DNA of 64,000 nucleotides from Elsinoe ampelina (Eukaryota): NCBI GenBank assembly GCA_010093995.1, contig ML992504.1, positions 620,001 to 684,000 of the forward strand, read 5' to 3'. Shown piece by piece: positions 61,420 to 64,000 of this stretch (position 1 is its first letter; each line of letters starts with the position of its first letter). The notes under the pieces were generated by a model. It saw only the letters and a program-made list of their open reading frames with translations, ran no database searches and was not told where the DNA came from. The position numbers and the translations under genes were made by a program.

Positions 61420-63312
61420 TTACAAGCCAGAGTCGTACTTTGGGTACGGCATGTTCGCCTGGAACTTCTTCCAGTTGCTGCAGGTCCTCGAAAACTGATC
61501 CTGATCTGGGAGCTGGATCTGATCCTTGCTTTCGAGGAACTGGACACCCAGACCTTGCCCGATGTGCCAGGCAATGTGGCAATGCATCAGCCATGTCCCC
61601 GGGTTGTTGGCAGGGAAGGCAATGGCGAGCCAGCCCTTCGATGGAAGTGTGGATGTATCTCTGCGTGCAGGGTTCTGGAAGTTGAGCGATGCAGTGGCGC
61701 GGTCGAATTGTCCTACACCTCTGCCGAGGACGAAGAAGTCGTGGCCGTGCAAGTGGATGGGATGAGGAGGTGGAGGAGCCGCGATGGCATCAGGTCCGAT
61801 CGTGGTCTGTAAGGTCTGGACGATCCAGTAAGTCCAATGTCGGCTTGTTAGTCATGTCAACAGTATGAATGATTGAATACTTACAATCCCTTCCTTGGGG
61901 ATCTCAATCACATCGTACGATTTCGGGAAGGTGGTGTTCTGCTCGAAGATGTACTGCAACGTCGGTCTCGCCCAGTCAATATTCATGGCAGTGAAGTTCA
62001 GAGCCCAAGCAACAAGGTTCTTGCCATTGGTGGTGAAGCTGGTGTGCGTGAGGGCGACAGTCAGATCTTCAACCTGAGCGTCGAATGTGCCTTGGTCAAC
62101 CTGTTGCTTCCAGAATGGAATGGTCTCAAGTTCTGCACAGCCATCCTGAGGGGAGGCTTCGTTGGAATCGGGAGGCTCGACGGGGTCAGACCCTTCATAG
62201 GTAAGAATTGCGCGGCCATGACCATTGTTTGCACTCAAGCAGTCTCCAGCGACTTCGGCGCGCAGCCAGTGGCTACCAGTAGTGGTGTTACCGGTGAAGA
62301 CGACATCGTACCGTTGGCCAGGGCCAAGCAAGAGCCAGTCGTGTCCAGGCATGGGTGTCGTTGGGATGAAATCGGCAGCAATGACAGTGAACGGATGATC
62401 ATCAAGCTTAACCCTGAGGTAGTTGTCCACAGACGGATTGATGATTCGCAGCCTATGCTTCTTGCCCGGGGTGAGAGTGCTTTTCATATATTCTCCTCCG
62501 TTGGCGCTCTTCATAGTTCCGTTCATGAGGATGGTATCGCCCGGCGCAGGGGGCCCACCAGCCTGCAGAGCGGCCAAAGACTGAGTGTTGATGTTCCATG
62601 CTCCAGCATAGTACCAGTCCCCGACGAAGACGCTGCCGAGATCGATGTCGTAGTTGGCTGTGGCTGGTCCATTAATAATGACTGGACCGGCCACACCGGC
62701 ACCGTACTGAGCGGAGTAATGGCTGTGGTACCAGCCGGTGCCGAATTGTGTCGCCTGAAACGAGTACGTGAACGAGTCACCAGGCGCAATGGGACACTCA
62801 GTGATGCCATTGACACCATCAGAGCCGCAGCTGTTGAGTTGGCGAATACCGTGCCAGTGGAGACTGGTACCATTGTCTGTGAGACCGTTCTTGACATTGA
62901 TGACCAGGTAGTCGCCCCAATCGGCATAGATGAGGGGTCCAGGGTATTGGCCATTGATCAATTGGCATTTCTGTGGCGCATTGCCATCTGGGTTGCATTC
63001 GACCTCAGTGACCTCAAGGTTGTATGTCCTGGTCTTGCCTCCATCAGGGTGCTTGAGATCAAAGTCGGTAGCCACACTGAAGCCATTGGTCCAACACGCA
63101 CGGTTTTTTGGGCCGTGGGTGCATTGCCCATCAGCGACACGGGTTGGTGATGGTGCTGGAGCAGCTTGCTTCTTGACAACTCTCTTCGGTTGCTGTGCCA
63201 TGCGTCCCATGCCATCTGAGCCCCACAAGTATCTCTGCCCTGCTCCTCCTTGCGCAGAAACGCAAGCGGCCAGCAGCGATAGACATACTAGGAGGAGACT
63301 TGAGGTATGCAT
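61420..63312 (-). CDS. Laccase / multicopper oxidase (AA1)
   Basis: Signal peptide; SLHWHG, WYHSHY, HPIHLHGHDF, WLMHCHIAWH; ascomycete laccase C-terminus DSGL. Confidence 0.95.
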
Positions 63313-64000
63313 CGTGGGTGAATTCTCAGAAGAGAGAATGAGAAGGGGAAGATAGGTACGAAGTCAAGACTCCTCTTCCTGGAAATGTAAAATGCAGAGG
63401 CTGGTCGAGCATTCCAGAAAGGAGCTAACTGTCGATTGATATACTGGGAACCCTGCATAACAAGGATAAAGCGGGACTACAGCTCACCAAAGAGTACTTT
63501 CGGATTACGATGTCACGATCCTGCAAGTCGTCCATCTTCCAATACTTTCCGACTTTGGCGAGAGGATGCCGCATTAGCGGCCATAAGAGGTAAGCTGGAC
63601 CCATGGCCGGCCGAGGATGAAGAGCAGATTTGTCCACTGTCACGACCTGGTTCGGAGAATAAAAAGATAAGCGAAGAATGAGGTGTGCATTCGTCGGTCG
63701 CCACTGCGGGACAGATGAAGGCATGGGTAGCATGGGATACGATGTCCGCGTGGCGTCTGTCCAGTAGCTTGATGCATGTCCGAAGATCAGAGGACCCGAC
63801 GGTACGGGCAGAAGAGCAATGGCAGGATCACAAGAGGGTTGGGGGTTCCTGGCTAGAGGGTCAGGAGACGCCACATGGCGGGCTCTGAGGACCAGGACAG
63901 GCAGTGAATGAGGCGCGAGCCCAGCCAGAAGAGGACGAGATGACGGAACAAGATGCATGAGAAGATGAATGGAATGCAGAGGTGGGTTCAAGGGTTGGCA

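Noticed and set aside
61873..63150. 425-aa + strand ORF
   Set aside because: It is an antisense shadow of the laccase with no independent motif.

Overview
This is intron-containing fungal (ascomycete, Dothideomycete-like) nuclear DNA in three parts. (1) 0.25-7.7 kb: a compact candidate dikaritin-type RiPP cluster. It has three UstYa/DUF3328 oxidases (paired HxxHC motifs), a secreted FAD/BBE-like oxidoreductase, an APH-family phosphotransferase, and a secreted precursor with four exon-encoded repeats [T/S]VD[E/D]TATRSQWVSSYN that lack the usual KR sites. (2) About 8-22 kb: an accessory zone of hypothetical and decaying genes, including a duplicated two-gene cassette and an orphan APH fragment. 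(3) 22-64 kb: conserved genes (IMPDH with an intronic snR54-like snoRNA, IQGAP, RTC1/WDR24, a Cys/Met PLP enzyme, translin, RPD3, RPN11, a His1 secreted protein, LicD, CGI121, a Zn2Cys6 TF, COX4, GT8, Nudix, laccase). The most striking observation is at 36529-36767 (-): a tRNA-Gly(TCC) gene split into five exons by three spliceosomal-type GT..branch..AG introns plus one canonical tRNA intron. Removing them gives a fully paired 71-nt cloverleaf. All exon structures and family calls were made by eye, without database searches.
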